The notes below the pieces were generated by a model. That model was not told the origin of the DNA and searched no databases. It saw only the letters and a list, made by a program, of their open reading frames with translations. DNA of 64,000 bases, taken from positions 3,750 to 67,749 of the IMG/VR virus record IMGVR_UViG_3300020046_001459; one strand, 5' to 3'. This DNA comes from a virus. Shown piece by piece: positions 1 through 9,125 of this stretch. A program made the position numbers and the translations under genes. Each line of letters begins with the position of its first letter. The stretch's first letter is position 1.

Positions 1-337
1 AAGCAATGGTGCAGCTACTACTATATTAAACGCATCTACTCAGGTGGATATTGATATAGCCAACTCTTTGGTTTTAAGGGTAACATCAACTGGGCTTACT
101 TTAGATAGCGGAAAGGGTATATTATTTAATACCGCTACTGGTGGTTATATCGGCACTGGCACAACTCAAAAGATAGGCGTATGGGCTAAGACACCAATAG
201 TACAACCCACTACTGCTTTTGCGGCTGCTACATTTGTGGCTAATGCTGGTACTGCCGTAAATGACGCTAGCACCTTTGACGGCTACACTATTAAACAGGT
301 GGTGGCTGCTTTAAGGGCTATTGGTTGGTTAGCGTAA
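1..337 (+). CDS. C-terminal fragment of a virion/tail-fibre-like protein; reading frame is open to the window start
   Basis: Frame of ORF 44..337 has no stop back to position 2; Gly/Thr/Ala-rich fibre-like composition. Confidence 0.5.
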   Translation, partial: SNGAATTILNASTQVDIDIANSLVLRVTSTGLTLDSGKGILFNTATGGYIGTGTTQKIGVWAKTPIVQPTTAFAAATFVANAGTAVNDASTFDGYTIKQVVAALRAIGWLA

Positions 338-354
338 TTTAGTATATTTGTACC

Positions 355-762
355 ATGAAACAAACACTTTTCCTAATATCATTCCCTTTCCTTTTAACAT
401 CACAGACAATATTAGGTTATAAGATAACTGATAAAGACTTGCATGATCAAGCTGGTATGATTATATCAGGTTGGGCATCATCTAGTGTCTATTATTGGGA
501 ATTAAAACCTTGGTTATCTATGGGAGCTGGTATAGGTGCTGCAGGTACAATAGGTGTAGGTAAAGAGGTTATTTGGGATACTTGGTTAGGTAGAGGTACT
601 CCTGATCCACATGATGCAGGAGCTACTGTATTTGGAGGTATACGTATGAGTATTATATCTAGAATTGGATTTGATTACTACGAAAAGAAAGTATATAGAA
701 TAGATAGTTTAAGATTTCAGTTTGATAGCCTAAATGCGCAGAAAAATTTGGAAATTAGGTAA
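355..762 (+). CDS. hypothetical secreted Gly-rich protein (N-terminal signal peptide)
   Basis: Hydrophobic N-terminus MKQTLFLISFPFLLTS; tightly packed among structural genes. Confidence 0.5.
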   Translation: MKQTLFLISFPFLLTSQTILGYKITDKDLHDQAGMIISGWASSSVYYWELKPWLSMGAGIGAAGTIGVGKEVIWDTWLGRGTPDPHDAGATVFGGIRMSIISRIGFDYYEKKVYRIDSLRFQFDSLNAQKNLEIR

Positions 763-803
763 AAAAGTGTTATATTAATTATATACATTTAACATAAAAA
801 GAT

Positions 804-1130
804 ATGGAAAAGGAAGTAAAATTAACAGTATTAGATCGTGTAATATTACCATCTGTACTAAAAAAGGAAGCAAATTATATGACCCTTATTATTAATAAGG
901 ACATTAAGAAGAAAGTAGATTTAACTCAAGATGAACTAGTTAAGTTCAAATTTAAGTCAATAGGTCAAGGTTTAACTTGGTCTTTACCAGAAGATATGGA
1001 AGATTCTTTCAGCTTTTCTTTTACAGCTACAGAAGTAACTGAGATCTCTGAGTGTTTAAATAAGTTAAATTCTGAAAATAAATTAACAGAAGAACTAATC
1101 AATTTGTACACAATATTCAATAAAATGTAA
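804..1130 (+). CDS. hypothetical protein
   Basis: ORF in gene-dense co-directional block. Confidence 0.45.
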   Translation: MEKEVKLTVLDRVILPSVLKKEANYMTLIINKDIKKKVDLTQDELVKFKFKSIGQGLTWSLPEDMEDSFSFSFTATEVTEISECLNKLNSENKLTEELINLYTIFNKM

Positions 1131-1132
1131 TT

Positions 1133-1393
1133 ATGTCCCAAGAGCATGAAATCTATAAAGTATTACTAGAGTTAAAAGAAACTGCTGGTAGTACTGCTAG
1201 TAAAATAGATGATATTAAGAAATCTATAGCTGATCAAGTTGTTAAACATGAGAAACTTGAAGAAGAACATAGAGAACTTAGAGATAGTCATAACTCTTAC
1301 AAAGGTAAGATCTTATTAGTCAGTGGGTTTGTAGGTTCAATATTTGGGGCAATAACAACTTGGTTTTATAAAACATTCATAGATAATCAATAA
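1133..1393 (+). CDS. hypothetical protein with C-terminal transmembrane helix
   Basis: C-terminal LLVSGFVGSIFGAITTWFY hydrophobic segment; start abuts previous stop. Confidence 0.5.
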   Translation: MSQEHEIYKVLLELKETAGSTASKIDDIKKSIADQVVKHEKLEEEHRELRDSHNSYKGKILLVSGFVGSIFGAITTWFYKTFIDNQ

Positions 1394-1875
1394 TGGCATA
1401 TACCAGAGCACAAATAAATAGGATATCCGCAGATAAAAGAGCTGTTAGAGGTCTGGTTTATTTGGATACTGATGGTAATGCTTGGAAGGGTACAGATGAT
1501 GGTAGGTTAGTAAAAACCTATACTTCTGATACAGTAGTAAGTGTTAAGCATGAACCTAGTCAAACTCCTGAGTCATTATCTCAATATCTGGAGAATCTAG
1601 ATACTTATAATGATTTAACACAGGATTTTCTAAACACTTATAAGTTTGCACAAAAGACAGGTTATAAGGTATTTACATATACTGGAGATAACTTAACGGA
1701 ACAAAAGATCTACAAGAGCAATACTCTGGTAGATTTACTATTTACAGTTACTTATACCTATACAGGTGATAACTTAACTGAACTATTAATAGAGAAGTCT
1801 GATGGTACTTTTACACTTACTAAGACATTAGACTACGATATAGATAATAATTTAACAAACATAACATTAACATAA
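1393..1875 (+). CDS. hypothetical virion protein with internal YTYTGDNLTE repeat
   Basis: Two copies of ..TYTGDNLTE(Q/L).. ~25 aa apart; ATG overlaps preceding stop. Confidence 0.55.
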   Translation: MAYTRAQINRISADKRAVRGLVYLDTDGNAWKGTDDGRLVKTYTSDTVVSVKHEPSQTPESLSQYLENLDTYNDLTQDFLNTYKFAQKTGYKVFTYTGDNLTEQKIYKSNTLVDLLFTVTYTYTGDNLTELLIEKSDGTFTLTKTLDYDIDNNLTNITLT

Positions 1876-1876
1876 C

Positions 1877-2317
1877 ATGTCAAAATCTAATACTTTTGAG
1901 AACGACCTTCTACAATTAATATTTAATAACGTAGATATTGCTGACATTGGTGATGCCGCAGGTATTCAAAATAGTGCTGTAGCTGGTTCATTATACCTAG
2001 CTTTACATACAGCAGATCCAGGTGAAGCTGGTAATGCTACTACTAACGAATGTGCTTATACATCATATGCACGTGTAGCTGTAGCTCGTACAATAGGTGG
2101 TTGGACAGTAGCTACTAATACTGCTACTAATGCTGCTTTAGCTCAATTCCCTGAATGTACAGGTGGTTCTGAAACCATTACCCATGTATCTATTACAGTA
2201 GCTTCATCAGGTGCTAGTAAGATTCTTTATAGTGGTGCATTAACAGCATCTCGTTCAGTATCTTCTGGTATCCAGCCTCAGTTTGCTGCATCAGCTCTTG
2301 TAGTTACTGAAGATTAA
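1877..2317 (+). CDS. hypothetical structural protein (Ala/Thr/Ser-rich)
   Basis: ORF, composition typical of fibre/capsid decoration proteins. Confidence 0.55.
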   Translation: MSKSNTFENDLLQLIFNNVDIADIGDAAGIQNSAVAGSLYLALHTADPGEAGNATTNECAYTSYARVAVARTIGGWTVATNTATNAALAQFPECTGGSETITHVSITVASSGASKILYSGALTASRSVSSGIQPQFAASALVVTED

Positions 2318-2340
2318 TTTGGTAATTAGTATAATTTTTC

Positions 2341-2348
2341 TTACCTTT
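2341..2348 (+). promoter_or_regulatory. candidate Bacteroidota-type -7 promoter element TAccTTTG in the 206-bp gap upstream of the 288-aa structural gene
   Basis: Matches TAnnTTTG consensus; lies in largest + strand intergenic gap (2318-2523), which has no ORF after recount. Confidence 0.3.
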
Positions 2349-2523
2349 GTAGATTAAAATAGTATATGTATAAATGTAGTAAATGTAAATTAGAAGTAAT
2401 AATTTACGATGAGAAGGGTGGAGTTTTACCTAAACCTATTAGAGCTTGTAACTGTAATGCATCAATCATTATGGATATGAATGCTCCTGAAGTAAAGGGT
2501 AAGAGTCAATTTAAACAGAATTA

Positions 2524-3390
2524 ATGAGTGGATTTAAAACCATAGGACAAGTAGTAGACTGTGAGTTAGAAGGTAGAGTAAGAGATTACATCTGGCGTAA
2601 AACTCCTTCACAGGCTTTTACATCAGGTATATGGGTAGATCTATCAATGAGTCCTGGTATGCCTGTACCTAAGTACTGGTTTGATGCTGCTCCTTTAACT
2701 GCTAAACAAATTACACAGTCATCAGATGGTGGATTTTATCATGGTCCTAATGTAAGTCCTTCAGAGAAGTATTTACGTAAAATAACAACACAAGCTAGTG
2801 CAGCAACTGCATTACCAATGAATGCTATTCTATGTGATTATTTATTGTATTATCCTACAATAGATGATGGTACTACTGATGAACAGCTAATGGATAATAC
2901 AACTACTCTATCAAGATACACAGATGGTAGAGGGGTACAAATGATAGCAGTAACAACAGGTGCTAGAACTGGTGGTCAAACTTTCACAGTTAAGTATACT
3001 AATCAAGATGGTATAACAGGTAGAGTAACACCTCTAGTAAGACAGAATACATCTACATTATTAGGTACTTTAACAACAACTAATACAACAGCAGTAAATG
3101 GTGCTGGTCCATACATACCTCTACAAGATGGTGATACTGGTGTTAGAGCTGTAGAATCTGTTACAATGACTAATGTGGATACTGGAATCTTTAGTATTAT
3201 ATTAGTTAAACCATTAGTACAAACTTGTTTTAGAGAGATTACAGTACCTTATGAAAAAGATTTTTTAATACCAACAACAGATTTAGTAAAAATAGAAGAC
3301 AATGCTTTTTTAAACTTTTTATGTTTACCTCTAGGTACTCTAGCAGCAACAGCATTAAGAGGAGATTTAAAAGTAATATGGACTTCATAA
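2524..3390 (+). CDS. virion structural protein (288 aa)
   Basis: Thr-rich beta-rich composition, follows putative promoter gap. Confidence 0.6.
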   Translation: MSGFKTIGQVVDCELEGRVRDYIWRKTPSQAFTSGIWVDLSMSPGMPVPKYWFDAAPLTAKQITQSSDGGFYHGPNVSPSEKYLRKITTQASAATALPMNAILCDYLLYYPTIDDGTTDEQLMDNTTTLSRYTDGRGVQMIAVTTGARTGGQTFTVKYTNQDGITGRVTPLVRQNTSTLLGTLTTTNTTAVNGAGPYIPLQDGDTGVRAVESVTMTNVDTGIFSIILVKPLVQTCFREITVPYEKDFLIPTTDLVKIEDNAFLNFLCLPLGTLAATALRGDLKVIWTS

Positions 3391-3401
3391 AATAAAATAT
3401 A

Positions 3402-4574
3402 ATGCCTGGATTTTCAAGTAATGATCAGATAATAGAAGCGTTAAGCTTAGGACAAAAATGGGATGCTAATTGGTCTAAAAACACAGCCCCTACAACTGTA
3501 GCTATTGCCAATGAATGGGCTACTTTATTTAGAGGAGCTGGTAATCCTCCTGCAGATGCTTTATATAATACAGGAACTAACTTAACTTTTCAAGCTGTAA
3601 AAGATACCACAGCAAATGCTGCATCTATCCCACATGGTGGAAATGTACAACCTACTTATTATAAGTATTTATTAAGTGGACATGCTGTAACTGCTGCTGC
3701 AACCGTAGCACCATGTACATTAGCTTTAGTAGATGTAATAGGATTCTATAGGGTTACATCAGTAACTACTACTACTGCTCAAGCTACTACTAATACATTA
3801 GGTCAATCAGATACATTTACTGCTGATGATACTACTGATATTTGTATTTATACTTCAACAGCGAATATTCCTAGTAATATATTAACAGGAACAAGAGTAC
3901 GTTTAACAACAACTACTACATTACCTGCGCCTTTAGCCACAGCTACTGATTATTATGTTGTTAAGGTTTCAGATACTACTTTTAAATTAGCAACATCTTA
4001 TGCTAATGCTGTTGCAGGTACTGTTATTGATATAACAACTACAGGTACTGGAACACATACCATAACATGGTTATTACCACGTTATACAAATGGTGCAGGT
4101 GTACAAGCAATTATATTTAATTCTAATGCAACAGCATTAGGAGCAGCTACTCCTAACATGAGTTTAGGATACACCAATTCTAGCCAAACAACATCAAGAG
4201 CTACACCAACAGTGTTACCTATTGGTAAAACAGCTTGTCCAAACTCTCAGATTGTGTACACAGGAGCTACAGGTACAGGTAAATATAATTATATGATGCC
4301 ACTACAAAGTGGTGATGCTGGTATAGCGGAAATAAATACTATTCAAAACTCTACATCTTATGTAAGTGGTGAGTATACAGTTGCTTTAGTAAAAGAACTT
4401 GGTAGATTCCCTATATCAACTTTAGGATTAGCAAGTGAGCGTAACTTCTTATTTGAATATCCTAGTATGCCACGTATTTATGATGGGGCTGCTTTATATT
4501 TCTTAATTGGGCATGGTGCCGCTACACCAACAAATAGTGCATTAAGTGGTATGTTAACTACTGTTTGGAGATAA
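3402..4574 (+). CDS. virion structural protein (390 aa, Thr/Ala-rich)
   Basis: ORF; long poly-T/A stretches (TTTTAQATTNT, TTTTTLPAPLATAT). Confidence 0.6.
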   Translation: MPGFSSNDQIIEALSLGQKWDANWSKNTAPTTVAIANEWATLFRGAGNPPADALYNTGTNLTFQAVKDTTANAASIPHGGNVQPTYYKYLLSGHAVTAAATVAPCTLALVDVIGFYRVTSVTTTTAQATTNTLGQSDTFTADDTTDICIYTSTANIPSNILTGTRVRLTTTTTLPAPLATATDYYVVKVSDTTFKLATSYANAVAGTVIDITTTGTGTHTITWLLPRYTNGAGVQAIIFNSNATALGAATPNMSLGYTNSSQTTSRATPTVLPIGKTACPNSQIVYTGATGTGKYNYMMPLQSGDAGIAEINTIQNSTSYVSGEYTVALVKELGRFPISTLGLASERNFLFEYPSMPRIYDGAALYFLIGHGAATPTNSALSGMLTTVWR

Positions 4575-5437
4575 TGTTAATTACTAATTACTCATATATT
4601 AATAAACCATTAGGAAGAAATCATAGTGGAATAACAAACCCACGGTGGGTTTGTAAACCAGAAGTTATGAGAAATTTCTTCACACAAGCTGATATTACTA
4701 ATATAGAGCAGATAAAAAGAGATTCTTTTCCTACAGGAACCAATCCTCCTTACTCTTATGTGTTAGGAGATAAAGGTGGTTTATTAAGTGCCTCTACTAC
4801 TAATAATGGTAGTGCAACTATTGCAGGTAATATATCTCAAGGTATTAATATTGATGCTACATTAGCAGGAACTAGTGATATTTCTACAGCTAACTTAGCT
4901 TTAGTAGTACAATTAGCTGCAGCATTAGCTGGAGATGGTCAGATCACTGCTGCAAATCTTGTAGGTACAATTGCTTTAGCAGCTACCTTAACAGGTACTG
5001 GTAATCTTACAGCAGGTTTAAATGTTATTGCCTTTATGACTAGTACCTTAGCTGGTACTGGTGGATTAACTGCAACATTAAGAGGTACTTTAGATATGTC
5101 TGCAGATATATTTGTTAACCAATCTGAAGCTACTGTACAACAGTTGATAGAAGGTGTATGGAATGCTATGGCTGCTGATTATAATAATCCTAATACAATG
5201 GGAGAAATTATGAACAACTTAGGTTCAGTAGCAGATCCTTGGTCTACTACATTACCAGGTGCTTATGCTCCAGGTGAAGCAGGATATATATTAGGTAACT
5301 TATTAGTTAATATACCTGATGCTGTTTGGGATGAATTAAAAACTACACATACTACAGCCAGTTCATATGGTAAGATAGTTCAAGACTTAGAAACAATAGC
5401 TAAACAAATAAAAGGATTAACAGCAGCAAACCTATAG
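4565..5437 (+). CDS. structural protein with ~20-aa Ala/Thr/Gly LAGT..ANL repeats
   Basis: Periodic motif DATLAGTSD..ANLALVVQLAAALAGDGQITAANLVGTIALAATLTGTGNLTAGL. Confidence 0.55.
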   Translation: MEIMLITNYSYINKPLGRNHSGITNPRWVCKPEVMRNFFTQADITNIEQIKRDSFPTGTNPPYSYVLGDKGGLLSASTTNNGSATIAGNISQGINIDATLAGTSDISTANLALVVQLAAALAGDGQITAANLVGTIALAATLTGTGNLTAGLNVIAFMTSTLAGTGGLTATLRGTLDMSADIFVNQSEATVQQLIEGVWNAMAADYNNPNTMGEIMNNLGSVADPWSTTLPGAYAPGEAGYILGNLLVNIPDAVWDELKTTHTTASSYGKIVQDLETIAKQIKGLTAANL

Positions 5438-5439
5438 AT

Positions 5440-6009
5440 ATGATAGATACAACTTATAATGGATTGAAAGAATACTTTAAATCCTTAAATTACACATTTG
5501 ATGAAAGAGTATTTGGCATCAACATTATTGGTATTAGATCTTCTTTAAATGCTACAAACTTATGGGATGATAAGTTAGTCTTAGCTTATATTGATAATAA
5601 AAGACAACCTGTAGTTAGGGAATTTACTAACTTTACTACAGACCCAGGATATTATTTCCTTAAAACCAAATTGTTAAACCCTAAAGGTTGTGCTATTCTT
5701 TGTGAAGGGCAACATTTAAGGATGTTTACAAATGGTAAACATAATAACAAATATGAAGCATTAGTACAGTATGCTCCTGTAAAGGTATATCGTGATTCTA
5801 ATAAAGATAATATATTAGATACAACTCTTATTGATAAGGGGATGTTTGGTATTAATTTACATCATGGTTATGGTTCAGCATTAGTCTTTAATAACTCTGC
5901 TGGATGTCAAGTATTGAAGAGTCCTGCTGATTTAACAATAGTACTTTCTTTAACTAAAATCCATGAATCTGTATATGGTAAAGGTATTAACTACACATTA
6001 TTAAGATAA
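5440..6009 (+). CDS. YkuD-like L,D-transpeptidase-fold protein, possible virion-associated peptidoglycan peptidase
   Basis: Motif LHHGYGSALVFNNSAGCQVL resembles the HG..S.GC.R catalytic signature of YkuD/Ldt domains. Confidence 0.4.
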   Translation: MIDTTYNGLKEYFKSLNYTFDERVFGINIIGIRSSLNATNLWDDKLVLAYIDNKRQPVVREFTNFTTDPGYYFLKTKLLNPKGCAILCEGQHLRMFTNGKHNNKYEALVQYAPVKVYRDSNKDNILDTTLIDKGMFGINLHHGYGSALVFNNSAGCQVLKSPADLTIVLSLTKIHESVYGKGINYTLLR

Positions 6010-6010
6010 T

Positions 6011-6220
6011 ATGAAAAAATTAACAAAAGAATTTATGGCAGACTGGGGAGCAACTATTGCTGGTATCCTAGTTGCTTTAGGATCAGCATGGGCAACCATT
6101 GACTGGAAAGAGTTTGATATCAATAAAGAATGGCCTCATTTGCTTATTACAGCAATGATTGCATTAGGTGGATATTTCTCACAATTTAAACTAAAAAAGA
6201 ATGTCAATACAGAAGCTTAA
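6011..6220 (+). CDS. small 2-TM membrane protein (holin-like)
   Basis: 69 aa with two hydrophobic helices (ATIAGILVALGSAWATI; HLLITAMIALGGYF) and charged C-terminus; directly follows putative peptidase. Confidence 0.45.
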   Translation: MKKLTKEFMADWGATIAGILVALGSAWATIDWKEFDINKEWPHLLITAMIALGGYFSQFKLKKNVNTEA

Positions 6221-6635
6221 AACAGTATTCAGTACAGGTGCTTGGTTAAATAAGGTTAAGACCTTCTATGATAAGATCAACGAGATCATTGATTATTTAA
6301 ATGGTACAGGTCCTAGTGGAAGTGGTTCTTATAAAAAATATGAAGCCCTACTATCACAACAGGCTTTACAAGATCCTACTGTATCTAGTCTATTAAATAA
6401 TAATACTGGGCAAACATTAACTTGGGTATATACTGATGTAGGTCAATATACAGCTGTTGGAGACTTTCCAGATATAACTAAATGTGCACTTATTCCAGGA
6501 ACTTCTCCAGGAGCATCTCATATAGCTTCATTATTTACAACTAGTAGTGTAACTATTTTTACTTTTGATACCGCTGGCTTAGCTGCTAATGAAGTGTTAT
6601 CAAATACATTTATAGAAATTAGAATTTATAACTAA
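6201..6635 (+). CDS. hypothetical protein
   Basis: ORF in co-directional block. Confidence 0.5.
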   Translation: MSIQKLKTVFSTGAWLNKVKTFYDKINEIIDYLNGTGPSGSGSYKKYEALLSQQALQDPTVSSLLNNNTGQTLTWVYTDVGQYTAVGDFPDITKCALIPGTSPGASHIASLFTTSSVTIFTFDTAGLAANEVLSNTFIEIRIYN

Positions 6636-7243
6636 TGTCTAAAGAAAATATATTTAAAACTATTAAATGGGTAGTTATAGGTGTTATAATTTTATTATTG
6701 CTTAAAGAATGTAATAGTGCTATTAAATCCTATCTACCTGGTTTTAAACCTAAATCTGATACTGTTGTTGTGACTAGTCATACTTCAGATACTATTTGGG
6801 CTATAGATACTATTTATAAAATAAAACCTAAGAAAGTCTTTATTCCAGTAGTTGATACTTTTTGGAAACCTGTACCTATAGATACTATGGACTTTTTTAG
6901 AGTATTTGTATCAAGAGATACCTTCCCAGATTCAAATCTTACTCTATTTACTGAGACACATTATCAAGGATTGTTAAGAGAAATTAAACCTTCTTATAAA
7001 CTTAAAATACCTATTAAAATAGTTGATACCGTTAAAGTAGCCACAACAATTACAATTACAAATACAGTAACTGTACCCAGTACCCTACAAATGCATATAG
7101 GAGCTATTGTAAGTTCAGAGCTATTAGCTCCTGAAGTTGGGGTATCTTTAAAAAGACATACTTTTAGGATTGGATATAATCTATATACCCCACAAAATAA
7201 ATTTCCTACAATAGGATATTCTTATACAATATTCAGAAAATAA
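6635..7243 (+). CDS. membrane-anchored protein (N-terminal TM/signal anchor)
   Basis: WVVIGVIILLLL N-terminal hydrophobic helix. Confidence 0.5.
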   Translation: MSKENIFKTIKWVVIGVIILLLLKECNSAIKSYLPGFKPKSDTVVVTSHTSDTIWAIDTIYKIKPKKVFIPVVDTFWKPVPIDTMDFFRVFVSRDTFPDSNLTLFTETHYQGLLREIKPSYKLKIPIKIVDTVKVATTITITNTVTVPSTLQMHIGAIVSSELLAPEVGVSLKRHTFRIGYNLYTPQNKFPTIGYSYTIFRK

Positions 7244-7258
7244 TCTTATCTTTACAAC

Positions 7259-7948
7259 ATGCAAGTTACTATAAATGAAATAGCTTCTGATGTGCGCAAT
7301 ATGGCTACCTCTGGTGACCTATCTTATGCATTTAGAATTGAAGATGAGCAGATCTACTTTTGGATCAATGAGACCAGATCTATGCTTATTTCTCAAGCAT
7401 TATCTAAAAGGCAGAACATTAGCGATGTTTGGATACAAGCAATTAAATGCTTAAAGATGATCCAAGTAGATGCTACAGAATGCTGTTTAGATCCTAGTAC
7501 TTGTGTAGTATATAGATCTGAAGAGCAGTTACCTATAACAATAGAAACACATATAGATAACTCTATCATTAGAGTTGTTTTTCCTAGTGGGGAAGTTATT
7601 AGTAAAAGTAATGCTTTTGAAACTAAGTATTTAAAGTACAATAAGTATACATCTAATAAAGCACAATGGTTTATTCAGAATGGTTACTTATATATAACTA
7701 ATGTAGATATATTAGAATATGTTACAGTTTATGGATTATTTGAAGACCCCTCTGCTTTATCAGAATTTACTGATTGTGGGGGAGATGCTTGTTTTGATAT
7801 TGACGGTCCTTATCCAGTATCAATGAAAATGGCTAACGAAATAACTAATTATATAATTAAAACCAAAGTAGTACCTTTCATGAAGTTCAAGCAAGATGAT
7901 ACCAATGATGGTAACAATGAAAGTGCTCAATTACCAGGTACACCATAA
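7259..7948 (+). CDS. hypothetical protein
   Basis: ORF. Confidence 0.5.
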   Translation: MQVTINEIASDVRNMATSGDLSYAFRIEDEQIYFWINETRSMLISQALSKRQNISDVWIQAIKCLKMIQVDATECCLDPSTCVVYRSEEQLPITIETHIDNSIIRVVFPSGEVISKSNAFETKYLKYNKYTSNKAQWFIQNGYLYITNVDILEYVTVYGLFEDPSALSEFTDCGGDACFDIDGPYPVSMKMANEITNYIIKTKVVPFMKFKQDDTNDGNNESAQLPGTP

Positions 7949-8427
7949 TGTTTAAGATAGGAAGAAGAACTAAAGGAAAATTAAAGGTAGATATAGGATT
8001 AAAGAATTTCTATGCTGAATATAAAAGAGAAGCTGAGATTAAGAATCGAACACCTGTATCATACGAAGTATTTAGCAAGGCTATAAAGCTATTCAACACT
8101 AAAGTATCTGAAAGGGTAGTTTATAAGTGTGAAAGTTATAAAATGCCTTATAGGTTAGGTTTGTTGGGAGTAATTAAGTTTGAACAGAAGTTTGATCCTG
8201 ATAAGAAATACAAATGGGCTGTAGACTGGAAAGCATCTAAAGAACATAATCAGATCATCTACTTTGAGAACTCAGATAGGTATAAATGGAGATGGGACAA
8301 ATCCTATACTCGTTTTAAAGGTAAGAAATATTACGCATTCAAAGCTACTAAGCAAAATAAAATATTAATTAAAACAGCAAAACAAGAGAATCCTAAGTTA
8401 GACTTTTATTCAAAACTAGCACCATGA
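7948..8427 (+). CDS. basic Lys/Tyr/Trp-rich hypothetical protein
   Basis: ORF; ATG overlaps preceding stop. Confidence 0.5.
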   Translation: MFKIGRRTKGKLKVDIGLKNFYAEYKREAEIKNRTPVSYEVFSKAIKLFNTKVSERVVYKCESYKMPYRLGLLGVIKFEQKFDPDKKYKWAVDWKASKEHNQIIYFENSDRYKWRWDKSYTRFKGKKYYAFKATKQNKILIKTAKQENPKLDFYSKLAP

Positions 8428-9125
8428 TATACAAATATAAATCATCTAAATCTATTATAGCTAAGCTATATCGTGATTTAGGATCTAATGGAGAAATTAA
8501 TGAATCAGATGTCCTTGAATGGATAGGTGAGGCTATGGCTAGAATTGGTGCCTACTCACAATATCTTAATAAGTCTATTGTGTTAGAGGTTACTAATTAC
8601 AGGGTAATGTTACCTTGTGATTTTGTTTATCCTATTGATATAGCACATAATGGTAGACCATTATCATGGAAAAATAAATCTATGATAGCTAACTATGGCT
8701 GTCCAGATTGTAATCAGATACCTCAATGCTGTACTGATCATACTTTTTATATACAAGATAATTGGATCAATACTTCTTTTGAAGAAGGAGAGTTGTGTTT
8801 AGTATATCAAGCTGTAGCTACTGATGATGAACACTTTCCACTAGTTCCTGATAATACATATTTTGATGAGGCTCTATCCTCATACTGCACTTTTAGATTA
8901 GATAGAATAGATTACCGCCAAGGTAAAATAGCTAAAGATGTTTATATGGAATCCCAAAGAGATTGGTTATTCTATGTTAACTCAGCTAGAGGTTCTGCTA
9001 ATATGCCAGACACAGCTAAAATGGAACAACTTAAAAATGTATGGTTAAGGCTAATGCCATTAACTAATGAATATGCTAACTTCTTTAGCAATACAGGAAA
9101 CAGAGAAAGGAAATACTTACAATAA
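8424..9125 (+). CDS. Cys-rich hypothetical protein (CPDCNQIPQCCTDH)
   Basis: ORF with cysteine cluster. Confidence 0.5.
   Translation: MIYKYKSSKSIIAKLYRDLGSNGEINESDVLEWIGEAMARIGAYSQYLNKSIVLEVTNYRVMLPCDFVYPIDIAHNGRPLSWKNKSMIANYGCPDCNQIPQCCTDHTFYIQDNWINTSFEEGELCLVYQAVATDDEHFPLVPDNTYFDEALSSYCTFRLDRIDYRQGKIAKDVYMESQRDWLFYVNSARGSANMPDTAKMEQLKNVWLRLMPLTNEYANFFSNTGNRERKYLQ

Noticed and set aside
2365-2523. Apparent 52-aa CxxC zinc-ribbon ORF in the 206-bp gap upstream of the 288-aa structural gene
   Set aside because: On recounting the nucleotides I had dropped one A. The true frame stops after 15 codons (MYKCSKCKLEVINLR*), so there is no gene. The gap is more likely a promoter region.
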